Counted from the first letter of the whole stretch, positions 25,031-38,495 are shown. The stretch: 61,649 nt of DNA, filler included, from Sphacelaria rigidula (GCA_964200075.2; 8 parts of 8 records of this genome joined end to end with filler, not necessarily neighbours in it), one strand, 5' to 3'. The notes: generated from the letters alone by a model not told the origin. Numbers and translations: made by a program.

Positions 25031-27105
25031 CATTGCTCAACAGTTGAGTTCAGAATAAAGTGGCAGTCAGGTCTAGGAATTCATGACAGTTATTACCTGG
25101 TGTCGACTGCTCCTGGACAAGAATGCTAGTTCAGTCGAAAACAAATCTGTGGCCACCGGGAGAGGCGAAGGTGCCCCGGATTTTTCCCCCGGACTTGACC
25201 ACTCTGGCACAAGAGCGTATGTACGTGACAAAAAAACAAGACTGCCATTACCAGAAAACACCAAGGTATCTGCAGGTTTTTTTCCGCGAGTATAGGAAGA
25301 CATTCGAGGCTGTCAACACCCCCTAGCTCCACTGTAGGACGCAGAATGACACAGATGAACGAAAAAATAGTGATACAGAATTTTCTTGGCGTTGTCTGTT
25401 TGCCATGAGAGTCGCCGTAGACGCGGAGGGGTCACGGCCTCGCTGACGACAGAATGAGTCGACACAGTATGCGTCTGTGTGTACGGTATATTTTGCGCGG
25501 CGATCCCGTGAGCACACCCCGCGCGCCACCCCAGACCCCAGCATCAACGCCATGCACGTGTTTGTACCACCTTCTCTGCCAATGGGCAACGCTGTTGTTT
25601 CCATAAATGAGTGAGGGAGAAGATATCTACGACTATAAACACACCTGAACGTGGCGCATATCACCGCCCGCTCATTTTGGATATCAGCTTGTATCTGATG
25701 CGCTTTTCCACCGCATCTCATGTGTTCCAACACCCCTCATCCAGATGACAGTATCTCAATGCACACAGCAGCTGCAGAGACAAATCAAGTTGCTCTGTGT
25801 AGCTCAGACGCGCATCTATCAGCCCTCCACGTTGTGGTTGCGCATACCCTTGCCGCAGATTAAAATGATGACGCATAGTGAGCTTAATATTTTGCTATTT
25901 CCGCGCGATCCCGAGAACTGATTGGTGCGATTTTGATGTTCAACGATGGCTGTCAGCAGCTATTTCCTGCCTCTTGAGCTGCAGCTTGCTGCCATTCGTG
26001 CAGCGCAAGTAAGCTTCGATCGCGTGTATGTCGGCCATATTGGAAAATGACGTTTTGGCTTGTACAGATTTCGTTAATTTTGTTTCCGGGTAATCCATCG
26101 ATCGTTCGCATGCTATACTGGGTGGAATTGAACCGGAGTTCGACGGAGGGGTAGCTTCGGATATGTGCTACAGCTGTGCATCACCATCATTGTCATTATT
26201 TTGCCCTAGAAACTTATTTGACATCACCAAGTCGCGTTTTGGGGGTGTTGGTGAACAACGTGACACTAAACTGGGCGTAACAGTGAGGTACGGCCCGGGC
26301 ACCCTAAGTGATTAGTATGACCATAGCCCAGACGGGAGATGAGAGGATGACGATCCTGGAGTTGACAAGCCCGGGATGACGGTCCGGGTCGATATGCCCG
26401 GGGTTATTAGCGAGGCCGCTTTTTACCGTGTGAAGAGCTCACTGACAAAATGTAGGGCGACGGATTTTTTCGGTGAATTGTTTCGAAAATGTCTTTCTCA
26501 AAAACCCATCTTATATATTTCGTAAAACAAAACTGGGGGTTGCACACTCAAGGTCCTAATCTAACCTACGTGCAGACGGTGGCAGTGGTCATCAGTTGCA
26601 TTTTGAAAACAGGACCCAGGGTACGCCCCACCCGCATCAATTATTTACACCCACATCTACACAGCAGCAGGCGGCACACAGCATCACATTGCAAACAAAT
26701 GCCTTCCTCGCCATCGCCAGCTCCATCGATAATCGTGCCGTGTCCAGAACTTGCGCGATGTGTGTTCCAGCGTATTTCTTAGTACCACGCTGGGGGTTCT
26801 AGGAGCGGCGAATCTCAAGCAGCTACAAGCAGGGCCCATTATGTACGCGGCCCTGTCGGCCAAGAACAGTTCGGAGATGTTCTATCCACGTCATCTGTAT
26901 CCAGCTCGTCTACATCCATTGTGTCAACATCCCTTGCGTCCATTCCGGGTGCGGTATGCAAGGAGAGTGTGATGGAGCGCCCCTTTTCCAACAGTTTGAT
27001 CTCACTGAAAATTGACGATCTTTTTCCGACAGATTTAGAAATATCTCACTGCCTGAAAAAATCTCGCAGTTTTCAGCGAGTTTATTTTATTGAAAAATGG
27101 CCCTA

Positions 27106-27472
27106 AGGCCGTTTCTTCCGGTTCGTATTTTGTTTGGCTCGTATTTTCCACTTTTAGGACATTTGACGAGGTTTTCGACCCCCAGACAGGGAAAATCGCT
27201 ACCACAATACCTACAGACTGTGCATTATATGTTTTCCTTGTATTTTTGTCCAGAGGCCGCTCTCGAAATCTCTGACCCAAGCGAATCGGAAAAGTGGGCT
27301 AGACTCCTCTCGGTGGGGTGATACAAAGTGTCCAAGACGTGTGGTGGCGATTTTCCCTGTTTGGGGGTCAAAAACCTTGTCGAATGTCCTAAAAGTGGAA
27401 AATACGAGCCAAACAAAATACGAGCCAAACAAAATACGAGCCAAACAAGATACGAACCGGAAGAAACGGTCT
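27106..27472. mobile_element. MITE with ~105-bp TIRs (possibly PIF/Harbinger-like)
   Basis: AGGCCGTTTCTTCCGGTTCGTAT... / ...ATACGAACCGGAAGAAACGGTCT; right arm has extra aaaatacgagccaaac units; 3-bp flanks CTA/CAA are imperfect. Confidence 0.8.
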
Positions 27473-27554
27473 CAAAGGTTACGTTTGCAAAGTCTCTGGA
27501 AAGTGACCTCCTGAGATCTTCCCAGCGACTCTTTTTGATAGTAAGAAGCGTACG

Positions 27555-27880
27555 GGCCCTGACAGATTGGGCCTCCGCTGAAAGATTTGCTCTAGGTTCC
27601 AAGAGGATTCCATGATGGGGCACTTCCCCCATCGTTCGTGCGCCCAATTTCACTTTTGGGCGGATTCGCAATCTTTTAGATAGCCCCAAAAAACTTCGAG
27701 TTTTCGAGAAAAACTACGTGTTTTTTCCGAGAACTCGAAGATTGTGGGGACTGCTGAAAAATCGGGAATCCGATCAAAAGCAAACCTCGGCGCACTAAAG
27801 GTCGAGGAAGTGCGCCATTATGGAGTCCTCTTGGAAGCATGGCAAAATGTTCGGACGAGGCCCAATCTGCCAAGGCCCTC
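27555..27880. repeat. Imperfect inverted repeat (foldback remnant)
   Basis: gggccctgacagattgggcctc...ttccaagaggattccatgatggggcacttcc vs ggaagtgcgccattatggagtcctcttggaa...gaggcccaatctgccaaggccc. Confidence 0.65.
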
Positions 27881-28899
27881 ATTCCGCCGAAAATCTGCAA
27901 TGAAACGCTCAAATGAGCATTTCTCCGAAAGGCTGTTTCCCGACAATAAGAAGCGGCCAACTCGCAAGCAAGTTGGGTCATATTTTCGGAGGTGATCGTC
28001 CATCTCGCTCATTATTTTATCGGAACAATTAAAAGTAGAAATTGTCCCGCATCTCTCTTTCTGCAGAACAGTGCATGTGCAGGCAAACTGATTCCATGGA
28101 TACCCTCACACCAAGAAGAAGCTGCAGAGCGTGCGTATCGGGGGGGGGGGGGGGGGGGGGCAAAAAATTTTTTATTTGAGAATGTTGGGGTTCGGTGGTT
28201 AGCACATATTTGTTTCCAACCCAACACGCACCCTCNNNNNNNNNNGACACTGTCAGGCGACTGCGGGAGGGGCCGCCGGGGGGGAGGGGATATTGTGGAG
28301 CATCAAGATTTTTAACTTAGAGAATGCATGTGTCATGTGTATGAACCATATGAGCTTCAACTCACAACCGCCATACTGTTCACTAACGTTTCTGCCCCAC
28401 AAGCTAATAATGTGGACCCTGATTCACCTACAAGACCGTGATGGATGCCCTGGTTCTTTCTTTTACTCTCGTACCTGAACGTAATCCTGTGATGGTAGCG
28501 CCTCAAGATGCATGAGGCACGATAGGGGGAGGCTATCGCAACCCGTGTGTACGATGTATATCACCCGGGGTGATATGAAATCCAATCTCGATTTTCAATA
28601 CAAACAAGGCCCCGCACTCGGGGAAAGATATCATTTACCTCAACGAGATACTTTCAATGATACATTATAATTGTCTGAGATCTCCATTCCTCGGTTATAT
28701 GTACGCCAAAATTATATATTGGGTTCTTCTCCGGGGTGGCGAGGCCGGCATGATTTCATCCGCAAGGCCGTAGATAATAACGCGGCTCGGGAATAGATTA
28801 CGACGAAAAGTACCGCTGCAAGCCACACGTTGCCGACCACAATCCTGCTCGAAACGGACTCACCTACTTGAGGCGGTCTAGCTCGAGAAGAAGGAGAGC

Positions 28900-29004
28900 A
28901 TGGCTAAGGTTAAGGGATCTATTTCGCGAAAAGAGGCTCGAAAAGCGCATAAGCTTGCTGCAAAGGAGAAAAAGCAGAAGAGGCATGCACAGCGTGCGGT
29001 CCAG
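28900..29004 (+). CDS. Exon 1 of probable NOM1/Sgd1-like nucleolar MIF4G protein
   Basis: MAKVKGSISRKEARKAHKLAAKEKKQKRHAQRAVQ, phase-0 donor CAG|GTAGCC; basic SRKExRK motif as in NOM1/Sgd1 N-termini. Exon is well supported; the family call is inference. Confidence 0.6.
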
Positions 29005-29787
29005 GTAGCCTGTAGCAAGCTGTGTGCTACGGTACGGTGTACACCACCCCCTGTAAGACTCCCTTCAATTACCCTCGATCTTCTGGAAGAATGGGGAAGT
29101 GGTGTTGCCGAAAGTCATATCGCTGGTAATATTTTGCTGAACATATTTCTTCTTATGATATCCTTTGGCATTGCTGATTGTTTCAAGCCAAAAAGTCGTG
29201 AGGTCAAAAAAACTCAGAGGGGGTGTTATACCTCGTCACGTCCGGGATTGCGGCATGCAGACAACGAGCCCTTGCTTCATCGCGAGGACGAGTCCTCAAC
29301 TTGGTCATTATGTGAAAAATTTCTTACTTTCATACCATTGTGTTGATGATATCCCAGGAGGATAAGTATCCGCGCAAGCGAGAGAAATTACAGAACAAAT
29401 CGACGGTTCGTTCGCGGCGACAAGATATTCAAGTGTATTTCGATCGGTGCGGTCAGCAGCTGTCCATGCAAGGGTATTAGGTTTGGTTCGGAACGGCGAA
29501 CAAGTTAATCACACTGTGACAGATAGGTTCTTATGGATTGGGCACAACATTACTGTGTTGATTGCAGGGTTTCCACAAAAATGGGCAGATAACGAGTTTT
29601 TAGCCAATGGAAACTACACTGAGGTGAAGTACACCAGGGTGCGCCAGAAGGGGTATCGGCTGTCAAATTCGATACTTGGACCGCGAGCGAGCCGACCGCC
29701 TTCGTAGCATTATCGCAAGGGTACGAAGCGAACGCTGTATGGTACAACCCCGTTCGCTCCTCGCTACTGCTGATGCCATCCGCCCAG

Positions 29788-29964
29788 ACTGATGCTAACG
29801 GCGTCAGCAAGGAGAGCAACAACAGTGCGAAACGAGAAGTAGTCTCTAAAGTTGCCGCCAAAGGCGTGAAGACGAAAACGAACGGCAAGGGCAGCGAGCG
29901 ACGAAAAAGGTGGAGGGCAGAGGAGATCGATCCCATGATTGCAGCCGAGGATGCAGAGTTGAAG
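29788..29964 (+). CDS. Exon 2 of probable NOM1/Sgd1-like gene
   Basis: Acceptor gctgatgccatccgcccAG, phase 0, TDANGVSKE...EEIDPMIAAEDAELK|GTGAGA; EDxEL/I precedes LEKxLG in NOM1 homologues. Confidence 0.6.
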
Positions 29965-30570
29965 GTGAGATAATCACTATTGTAGCCACACACTGTCCCT
30001 TTTCCTTTTTTATTTTATTTTTCAGTTTGTTTGTTTTTTACTCATTTATTTCCTTTTTTTTACTCTTTCTTGTTTTAGGCCGCTCCTTATAATAGACAAA
30101 AATGAGAATCTAAAAAAGTGTGGAAGTCGTGAGACTCCCGGTGACGGTAGAAACCGTCGAAGATGGCCGATGATTTTCCTCGGGTTATGTAGTCAAGGAT
30201 TGACCGTAAGTCGTGGGGTTGAGGCAAGTAGATCACTCGGGAAGCTCGACGAGCGCGAGCGAGTTAACCCGAAGACGAAGTTTAAGAGTCCAGGTCTAGA
30301 GAGGAGTGATTCCCAGGGTAGCCAGCAGTTCGCTGGAAAGATCCCTGTCACCTTGGGGTACCAGATCCGGCTGTACAGATATGGGAGTTTCGGGGCTCCT
30401 GCGAACTTACCCCTGTAACAGCCGTTCACTAGGTTACACGTCATAAAAGGAAATCTCTCCGCATATGCCCAAATGGCGATCTCCACAAAAGTGCCTTTTT
30501 GGAGTTTTTCACAGGTCGGACAAGTCATTACTCGTTTAGACCAGCGCACTCGTGGGTATTTTTCCAAAAC

Positions 30571-30777
30571 ACAACGAGCATGACTCGTGTGCTCGAGTCA
30601 TTACTTTTTTTTACAACGAGCAGTGACTCGAGTGCTCGCCCCATTATTTTTTTCCACAACGAGCAATGACTCGAGTGCTCGCCCTATTTTTTTTTCCACA
30701 ACGAGTGATGACTCGAGTGTTCGCCCTATTAATTTTTTTCACCACGAGCAATGACTCGAGTGCTCGTCCTATTATTT
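30571..30777. repeat. 42-43-bp tandem repeat (~5 units, cut by linker)
   Basis: acaacgagcaatgactcgagtgctcgccctatttttttttcc; unit starts at 30571, 30613, 30656, 30698, 30741. Confidence 0.9.
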
Positions 30778-30877
30778 NNNNNNNNNNNNNNNNNNNNNNN
30801 NNNNNNNNNNNNNNNNNNNNNTTAATTAATTAANNNNNNNNNNNNNNNNNNNNNNNNNNNNNNNNNNNNNNNNNNNN

Positions 30878-31114
30878 CTACGCATGTTTCCTCTGGATGA
30901 GCTACCAACCCGTAGCTCATCAGCTCATATTCGCCCTGGGTGAGCTATGGGAGCTGCATGAGCTACGCATGTTTCCCCTGGATGAGCTACCAACCCGTAG
31001 CTCATCAGCGCACATTTACCTTGCGTTGAGCTATCGGACATAGCTCACATGTACATGTTTGGCTACAAGTGAGCTACCGCCCGCAGATGAGCTAGCTCAT
31101 GAGCTGTCCTACGT
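30878..31114 (-). repeat. Third copy of the GTAGCTCA repeat family (terminal part)
   Basis: Reverse complement aligns with 2012-2165; homology stops at the CACGTRGGACAGCTC terminus. Confidence 0.8.
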
Positions 31115-33659
31115 GTGTAACAGTAGCACACGAATAGAAATTCCGACCGTAGAGAACTCCGTGCAAAGATGGCAGCATGCTTGCTTTCCGTCAGTTGTAT
31201 GCGCAGGTACATCCATTACACCACCAACTACAGACTTTACAGACGGTGCGGTAGCGTACTCTCGTAGCATCACAACACGCAAGCAGGTAGCTAGTGGAGA
31301 GTTTCTGATCTTCACTTCGAAAGTGCGTATGTCCGCAAACGACGACCACCGTGCTTGACCCCGACAGTTCCACCGCCGCTGCCGACACACACACCGTCTG
31401 AGAAGACGGGCGCCACCAACCCACGGTGCTTTTTACTCCACGACATAGCCCAGGGTGTAACTAGCGAGGTTCCTGATGACTCTCGCACGCTTGCGAGCGC
31501 CACGGCATGCTCAAAGGGCAGCGCTGCGAAGTGTTGCGCTGCTGTCCGAAGTGTTCAGACTTTTCCTAATGTGAAGCTTCGGAGGATAAATCAAGCCGCT
31601 TCTTTTTTAGACATCGCTGAGCGGCGGGTCTGAAAACGTCCAAAATGTCAGGGATCTCCGAAAAAACAATGTCGATAACAATGAGTCTATTACTCCAAAA
31701 AGCTGCGTGAAGCTTTGCGGAAATGCGCGCTGAAGTGTACGGTGCCGGTCCAGCCTTCTGACTGGTTGGGTTTAGTATAGAACGCCTTTTTCAACGTGAG
31801 CACGGTGCCTTTGCATCCGTTTATCGGGTTTCGCAACGATACTTCGTACAAATCTGCCTTGGACGACTCCGAGATGAATACCATGCAATGTCCTTCATGA
31901 ACCTCCGGAAGCTAGTAAGTTGTTTTTCACAGCTTTGAACAATATATATTTCATTTGAGCACCAATACCCACCGTGTTGCCAAGTTTGAGGGAGATCTGA
32001 GCTTTTATGCGACATGTAAAAGGGAAGCCGTCCGGGGGCGTTTTTGGGTGTCTGGCGCATACCATCAATCAGTGGAAATGCGACGATGCGAAACCCCACA
32101 TTCCCGCCATACCACGGTTTTGGATATGATTCATTCCACAATATCAATACTGGCACACCCTCTGGATGATGTCAATATGTAGAAAAGTCATTTCGGTATC
32201 GACTGTAGAGATGCTCATGGCAGGAGGCATGGTCGTGCCGGCGCTGTCGTAGCTGCTACGCGCTGAAACTTTGATAAAATGCGATGTAGACCACAATCAA
32301 CAAGCCCCTGCGTTTAGGCCTTGGGTTGGGCGTTGCCGCAGCAGTGGACGAGGGGATGAAAAGAGCTCCAATCCTGCTCCGATTTGTTTTTGCGCAAGAC
32401 TGATGAACCGTTTTTCATTTCCGTTTTTTTTGTTACAGTACTGGGCGGCTGAGCTAATCGTTCCGTAGTTTCTTCGTAGTTGGCGATTTTCTCAGGTTCT
32501 TGCTACCGCTCATCACATCGGGGATCTGAAAATATTTGTAACCGCTCCACATTTCAAGGAAAAAGCAATCATATGTACTCATTACTGAGTGACGTTCGTG
32601 CTGACCGGTTATCCAGGGTTCTGACACGTTCCAGCCCAGATTATGACTTTTCGATTTTTTCGGTCGATCGAGCCTGTCCCGATCGTACTCGTGAAGAGAT
32701 GTACATTTATAAAAAATTCCGCCTACTCATTGCACTAGAGCTAAAGAACTGTATTTCACGGCCAATTAACACCCTCCTAATAAACGGGGTATCTACTCGT
32801 ACCGCCCGATAAAGCAAACTGGCACCAACTGGGGTACTAGGGAGGGAGATGATCAGTTCTTTTCAACGAAATCTCCGCACTTTGGCGCTCTATCAAATAG
32901 TAGTCGCGAGAAAAGACCCTTCTGAACAAAAAATAGTTCAGGCGCCCAGTACTGAAGACCTCCAAGCTGAAAGCGGTTACTACGAATTGAATGTGGAGAG
33001 TTATACAAGGTGTGTTGGAATCTTGAATGTATAATTTCAAAACCATGGGAAGGATACTCACTGTTCGAGATACGGTTTTGCCCTTAGCACGACCTTCATG
33101 GCCTTGAACGAAACTCCGGCTGCGTTACCATCTTCAGTTGTCCATGGCGGTCAGTATGCCCATGTATGCGACTGAGATGGACATTGCGAGAGGCAATCGC
33201 TGATGAATAAATGTTTGTCGTTCACCCTGGAACAGCTTGTAAAGATGCTCGAATGACCTGTCGAGGTGTGGGGTACCCTCTGCAATGATTGCACGGTTGC
33301 AGATTACCTAGTTCCCGACATAATCTCCCCAAGAATGTCTTCGCAGAAAACATAAGGTTCGGCGGTTGAAAATATTTCCCAAGATCCGCCAAAAGAAGGA
33401 TCGATCGCGCTTGCTTTCACCTGGTTTCACGAAACAGATAAAACAATGCGATCGGTTGCGAGGAAACTGATTCCTGTGTTTGTGCTGAGCATCAGCGCGG
33501 GAAAGAGTCCAGAATATATTTATTCTCTACCCCTCGGTGGGTTCCGAACACCGAGTGGAGTGCCGCCCGAGAGTACTCTCGGGACGCAGAAAAAGACCCG
33601 ACCCCGTGCTTTTCGAATGTTTCCTCGCTTGCTACTGTGTGCTGTGTGTTATATTTTCC

Positions 33660-34005
33660 CCTCTATCCTGGACGCCAGTTTAAACCTTTCAGTGTACGTG
33701 GGCGCACCATCCGCACCAGCCGGGGTCACACACGAGGAAGTTTCACATAAAAGTGTTTATTTCATATTTCTCTGAAGCACTTTGCCTTCCTGCGGCGCTG
33801 GCCTTATCTTGTTATCGCGAGAGGTCTCCAGCAGCTCCTTCCCCTCGTCGATTGTGAAGTCGACCCTTTGGTACCCAGGGCATAGTCGCTCTCCATAGTG
33901 GGGCCTCATATGAGATAACCCCCCAGATCATGTGGATTTTCACCGAGATCTGAACACATGTCCCAACCGTCAGAATCGTTCGAGGTTTCCAACTGAGCCA
34001 CCGGA
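33660..34005 (-). mobile_element. tRNA-derived SINE, family A (diverged copy)
   Basis: Colinear with 290-640; A box GGCTCAGTTGG on minus strand. Confidence 0.75.
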
Positions 34006-34731
34006 CCTCTCTGTGCAAGTAATGGTCACGTCTTTGGTCAATCGCACCTTCCTTCTTGGTTGGCCAGCTTTTTCGGGGAAGTGCTGCCTTTTTGTGCTAT
34101 TCTGTAGGAAACCAAAATTATAGTGTCTCAAGTGGTTGCTGTCACCACAATCGGGCAGTGCCTCAAGACTATCGCATGAAAGAGGCTTCTACGAACGTCC
34201 CGAACAAGTTTAATCCTCAGCAGCTGTGGAGCTTCGTTGAGAGCTTATGTCTGTGCTCGGGTATTTGTTTATGGAATATTCTGACGGCAAGTATAATCTG
34301 CAGCTGTCTCTATGATAAATATCTGTTGTTCTATACGAGTGTCATACTGAACAGCACATGTGCCGAAGTTATATTTCTGAAAACACCTTCAGGAGGGAGC
34401 AAGGAGAGCACGGAAGCAGGTATACGGAAAACCTGACCCACTGGGCGATAGCTCTGCTTGTGGAACGACATCACCGGCTGTCGATCTAATTTTGGCTAAC
34501 GCGCCGTTGTAGCTGGCCAAATCCTCTCTTTACGCCGACATGATGCTGATTTCTTCATATATTTCAAGTCGTGTACCGTGGGCCCATCATGTGATATCTG
34601 TCGTCACGCGAGGGGTCAACATTCGACATGGAATACAAGCGCCTCGTTCTCTTGACTATTCTCCTAGTAACGATGATTTAACTTGTTCAGTTATACTATG
34701 CATGCTTGGTTGCACACTCCGGGCTCAACAG

Positions 34732-35379
34732 GGTAACGATACCGATCAACACGGTACCCTGCCGCGAGGTCAGAGCAATGAAACACGGAATCAAAACCAT
34801 GGTGGCGTCGAGACTGAAACAACAGAAGGAGCGACCCCGGACGATGTTCATGGCGTGGAGGATGAGACAACAGGAGAAACGGACTCGGACGAAGTTCTTT
34901 TGGACCACGAATGGCGTGGCTTTTTGAGAACGTTATGCCTCGTGATAACCGCGTTTATTGCCTGGCTTGCATGCACGGCATTCGCCATGGTGTTCTGCGC
35001 TCTCTGTGTGGTCGGCTCTGTGTTGCTTTGGTGTCGCGGTGTATGTAGTGTGCTTGAATGGGTGCGCTGGAGACTAAGGCCCGATGGGAAGAAGTTTGCT
35101 GAGTGTCCCGTCATCATGCCAGGAGAAGGCAGGAGAAACCGTTGGATTGACGCGTGGGAAATCGCGAAGTCGAAAAACTTGAGGACGTGGGAAGATCCTG
35201 ACTCACCTCACTTCAATGTCGCGCCGCTTTTGAAGAGCTCGACTGGGTTGAGCCTGACCGTGCTCCTTGACAAGCTACACAAGGAGATGGAAGAAAGCGA
35301 GAAGGACGAGAGAATGGATGATCCCGATCTCCCGGGTAGCTGGGGAAGCAGCGATAGCGTCGGCAGTTTTCGCTACAAG
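34732..35379 (+). CDS. Large exon of an unknown membrane protein (possible last exon 35730-35771)
   Basis: 216 open codons: acidic segment, a ~40-aa Cys-rich hydrophobic segment (LCLVITAFIAWLACTAFAMVFCALCVVGSVLLWC), then a soluble region; acceptor caacAG at 34731, weak donor AAG|GTGCAG; phase-compatible ccacAG|DNVFDADSVHHVV*. Confidence 0.55.
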
Positions 35380-36847
35380 GTGCAGTACAGTTTACAGTAC
35401 AAGGGCTGGAACCCATGTTGTGGGAGTTAAATGTGTTTTCGAGCCATCATTGGCGCGTCTGCACACCATGCTCACGTTTAAGACTCTCGCGAGCACTCAT
35501 TGCGTGCCTCATAACGTCCCATTCATATTAACTGTGTCTCCCTCCTGTTGTAGTGACAAAACATGCTGGCAGATCAGGACAAGACCAATTGGCGACATTA
35601 AACGTGCACTCAACGGACGTCAACAAGAAAACTTTTCGGAAAGGTTGATCCCGGTACTCAAAATTATGTCAGCGCGCGTACTCCCGAACTCATCTTTTTC
35701 TGATACCTCGTGATTTCGTTCCTCCACAGGATAATGTTTTCGACGCAGATAGCGTTCATCATGTCGTCTGAGTGTTGAAAAACGAACTGCTACACACAGA
35801 CCTATTCGTTATGTGACGTCTGGGCAACTTACTTTCCGTGCTCACCTGTTAGGACGCTCTTTTACCCAAGGTCACACACACGTCCTTCGTTACTTCAGCG
35901 GCATTCGAAGTGTGAACATCCGATTGTCAAAATTGAGGATGGAGCTTTTCGTTGAGGACGAGGAAGCCCTCGGAATGGCGCACCGACAGTACCCATATAT
36001 TTGTTCCTTGAAGTACTCCGGTAGATCTTGGACGAAAATGCGAGTTTGTCAAAACAAAACTGCTGCCACCAGAAAACGCAGAGGTGTCCTGAACCGTCTC
36101 GAGTATTTTATGATCCAACCGACCGTTCGGAACTCAAAAGTCGGCGTGACCCCCCTTCACCATTATTAATCATCCTACTCGCCGTTGATCACAACTGTTC
36201 CCATCATTTTGTATTGAGATTGGCCGCTGAAAAGCACTGTTGTAATTGTACTCGGTTAAGCATGAACTCCAAGTTTTAAAAGGCGCTTTCGTGTTTTTGA
36301 AAACCAAATTCAGGTCCTAACCTGCGTTTACATCAAAAACAATCCCTACCACCAGATATGGGTGACACAGCCAATTGAGCGATCTGGTCGGACCCCAAGA
36401 ATTATGTTATTACTCTACTACTCCTTTCAACAATCGATTCTGAAATTTGGGGTTGGACACGCAAATGGGGTTCAAGCCGCATAACGCTTTGGCAAGAATG
36501 GCGTGAAACAGGTACACCAAGGGAAGCCATCTTGCCCCCCCGAAATCTCCAGCTGTGAAGCAGTTGTGGCTAGGTGCACCGAACGAATGCCGTGTGCACG
36601 CGTGTCGATGAAGACGATACCACCGCAGGAGTAACGGCAGAGAGGAAGCTCCTTGTTTATGTCCTTCGTGTGTCCTCGTTCGGCGATTACCAATCGCTTG
36701 AACAACTGTCACCATGCATGCCACCAGCATGTACCCAATTTCTCATGTGCCGGTAGGCAGGTTTTTGCTGCACAGTCCCCCGAATAACATCGACGTGCGG
36801 AGGGGTGTCGTCTCTTCTTGTCTGTGGAGCTCACCAATGCAAATATC

Positions 36848-38495
36848 GATTCCTCTCTGCCTCTCTTTCTGGACAGAACGGACCTCTGTGCGCTGCACAA
36901 CACGTCGTTGAAAAGCAGGGCGATGTTCCCGTCACCTCTACTGTTCTATGTCACACACATGCCAGCAAGAATAGTGCTACGACAATGACAGATCCAACCG
37001 CAACTTGGGAGTTGTTATTCACGTTGATGCTACCCGACATGTGTATCTGTGCGTGCGCGACGACAAGAGCGTGCCACCCACCAGTAAGGTGGATGTACGA
37101 GAAATCAAACACTTGTGGAGACATTCTTGTTATGTGGAGTGAAAAATGTACCTATGGTGATGACCTACCTGTTGCTGGCGTGGCGCATGGGGGTGCCTCC
37201 ATGCTGCAACCTGGAGTACCCACCCTCCCACTGCGTGTGTGTCGCGGTAGCATTCAAGAATTTGCATGTAAGGAGGCCATTCATTACAAGCTGAGACGGT
37301 ATATGTTCTGCGAGGAACAAGAGTGCTCTATGATCAACCACTTGTCGCTGCATTTGCAACTCACGCCATCAACCGCCGACCGCACAGGTCTTGTGACTTT
37401 CAAGCAACGCTGGCGGCAGTACGCCAGACAAACCCGGTCATCTCTTGCTTCCCTTGCTCCACTGTTGTATTCACTGTCGTCTGTATAGTCATCGTAAAAG
37501 CACCGAAATTGACAAGGGCTGTCAAAATGGAACAGTGCCATGTTTTCAACTTATTTCACACACAGTAAAAGATTCTCATGAGCTGCGAGGAGGGTGGCTT
37601 CCCCGCTCCCCCGCCAGGTGTTCAAGAAACGACGACAGATATTTTGCAAGCTCATGTAACACTGACGGGGGGCACAGGGGGTTTCTCCTCGATGGAAATC
37701 CGCCTTCTTTCACCTGAAAACCGTTTCATATGGTTAGGTTTCTATTCGGGACGTGAACATGTTAATTTTCGTTCGGTTCTACACTGATTGCTTCATGCCA
37801 ATCCCAGCATACTACTATTCGACAGTATCTTCGCACGTCCGACCGAACGTAAAGCGGCCACCTGCCCGCAGCTCTTGAGGGTCCTTTACATTGTGAGGAA
37901 CGGGTTGAATGTGTGCCACTGCTCAATTTGGACTGCCATTGTCAATTCTGGTGCTGTTAGGAGGACTATACAGACGATAGTCAGTGCAACAGTAGAGCAA
38001 CGAGAGTTAGTTATGACCGGGTTTGTCTGGCGTACTGCCGCCAGCGTTACTTCAAAGCCACAAGACCTTCGCGGTCGGCGGTTGATGGCGTGAGTTGCAA
38101 ATGCAACGACAAGTGATTGAGCATAGAGCCAACTCGCGACACGGAGGCACCCCCATGCGCCACGCCAGCAACAGGTAGGTCATCACCATAGGTATATTTT
38201 TCACTCCACATAACAAGAATGTCTCCACAAGTGTTTGATTTCTCGTACATCCACCTTACTGGTGGGTGGCACGCTCTTGTCGTCGCGCACGCACAGGTAC
38301 ACATGTCGGGTAGCATCAACGTGAATAACAACTCCCAAGTTGCGGTTGGATCTGTCATTGTCGTAGCACCATTCTTGCTGGCATGTGTGTGACATAGAAC
38401 AGTAGAGGTGACGGGAACATCGCCCTGCTTTTCAACGACGTGTTGTGCAGCGCACAGAGGTCCGTTCTGTCCAGAAAGAGAGGCAGAGAGGAATC
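36848..38495. repeat. Large inverted duplication (arms ~36848-37480 and ~37975-38495)
   Basis: 36848-37200 is nearly identical to the reverse complement of 38143-38495; 37325-37445 matches 38010-38128 less well; right arm runs into the linker. Confidence 0.9.

Noticed and set aside
30571..30777. CRISPR-like palindromic repeats
   Set aside because: Units are directly tandem with no unique spacers, there are no cas genes, and the context is eukaryotic.
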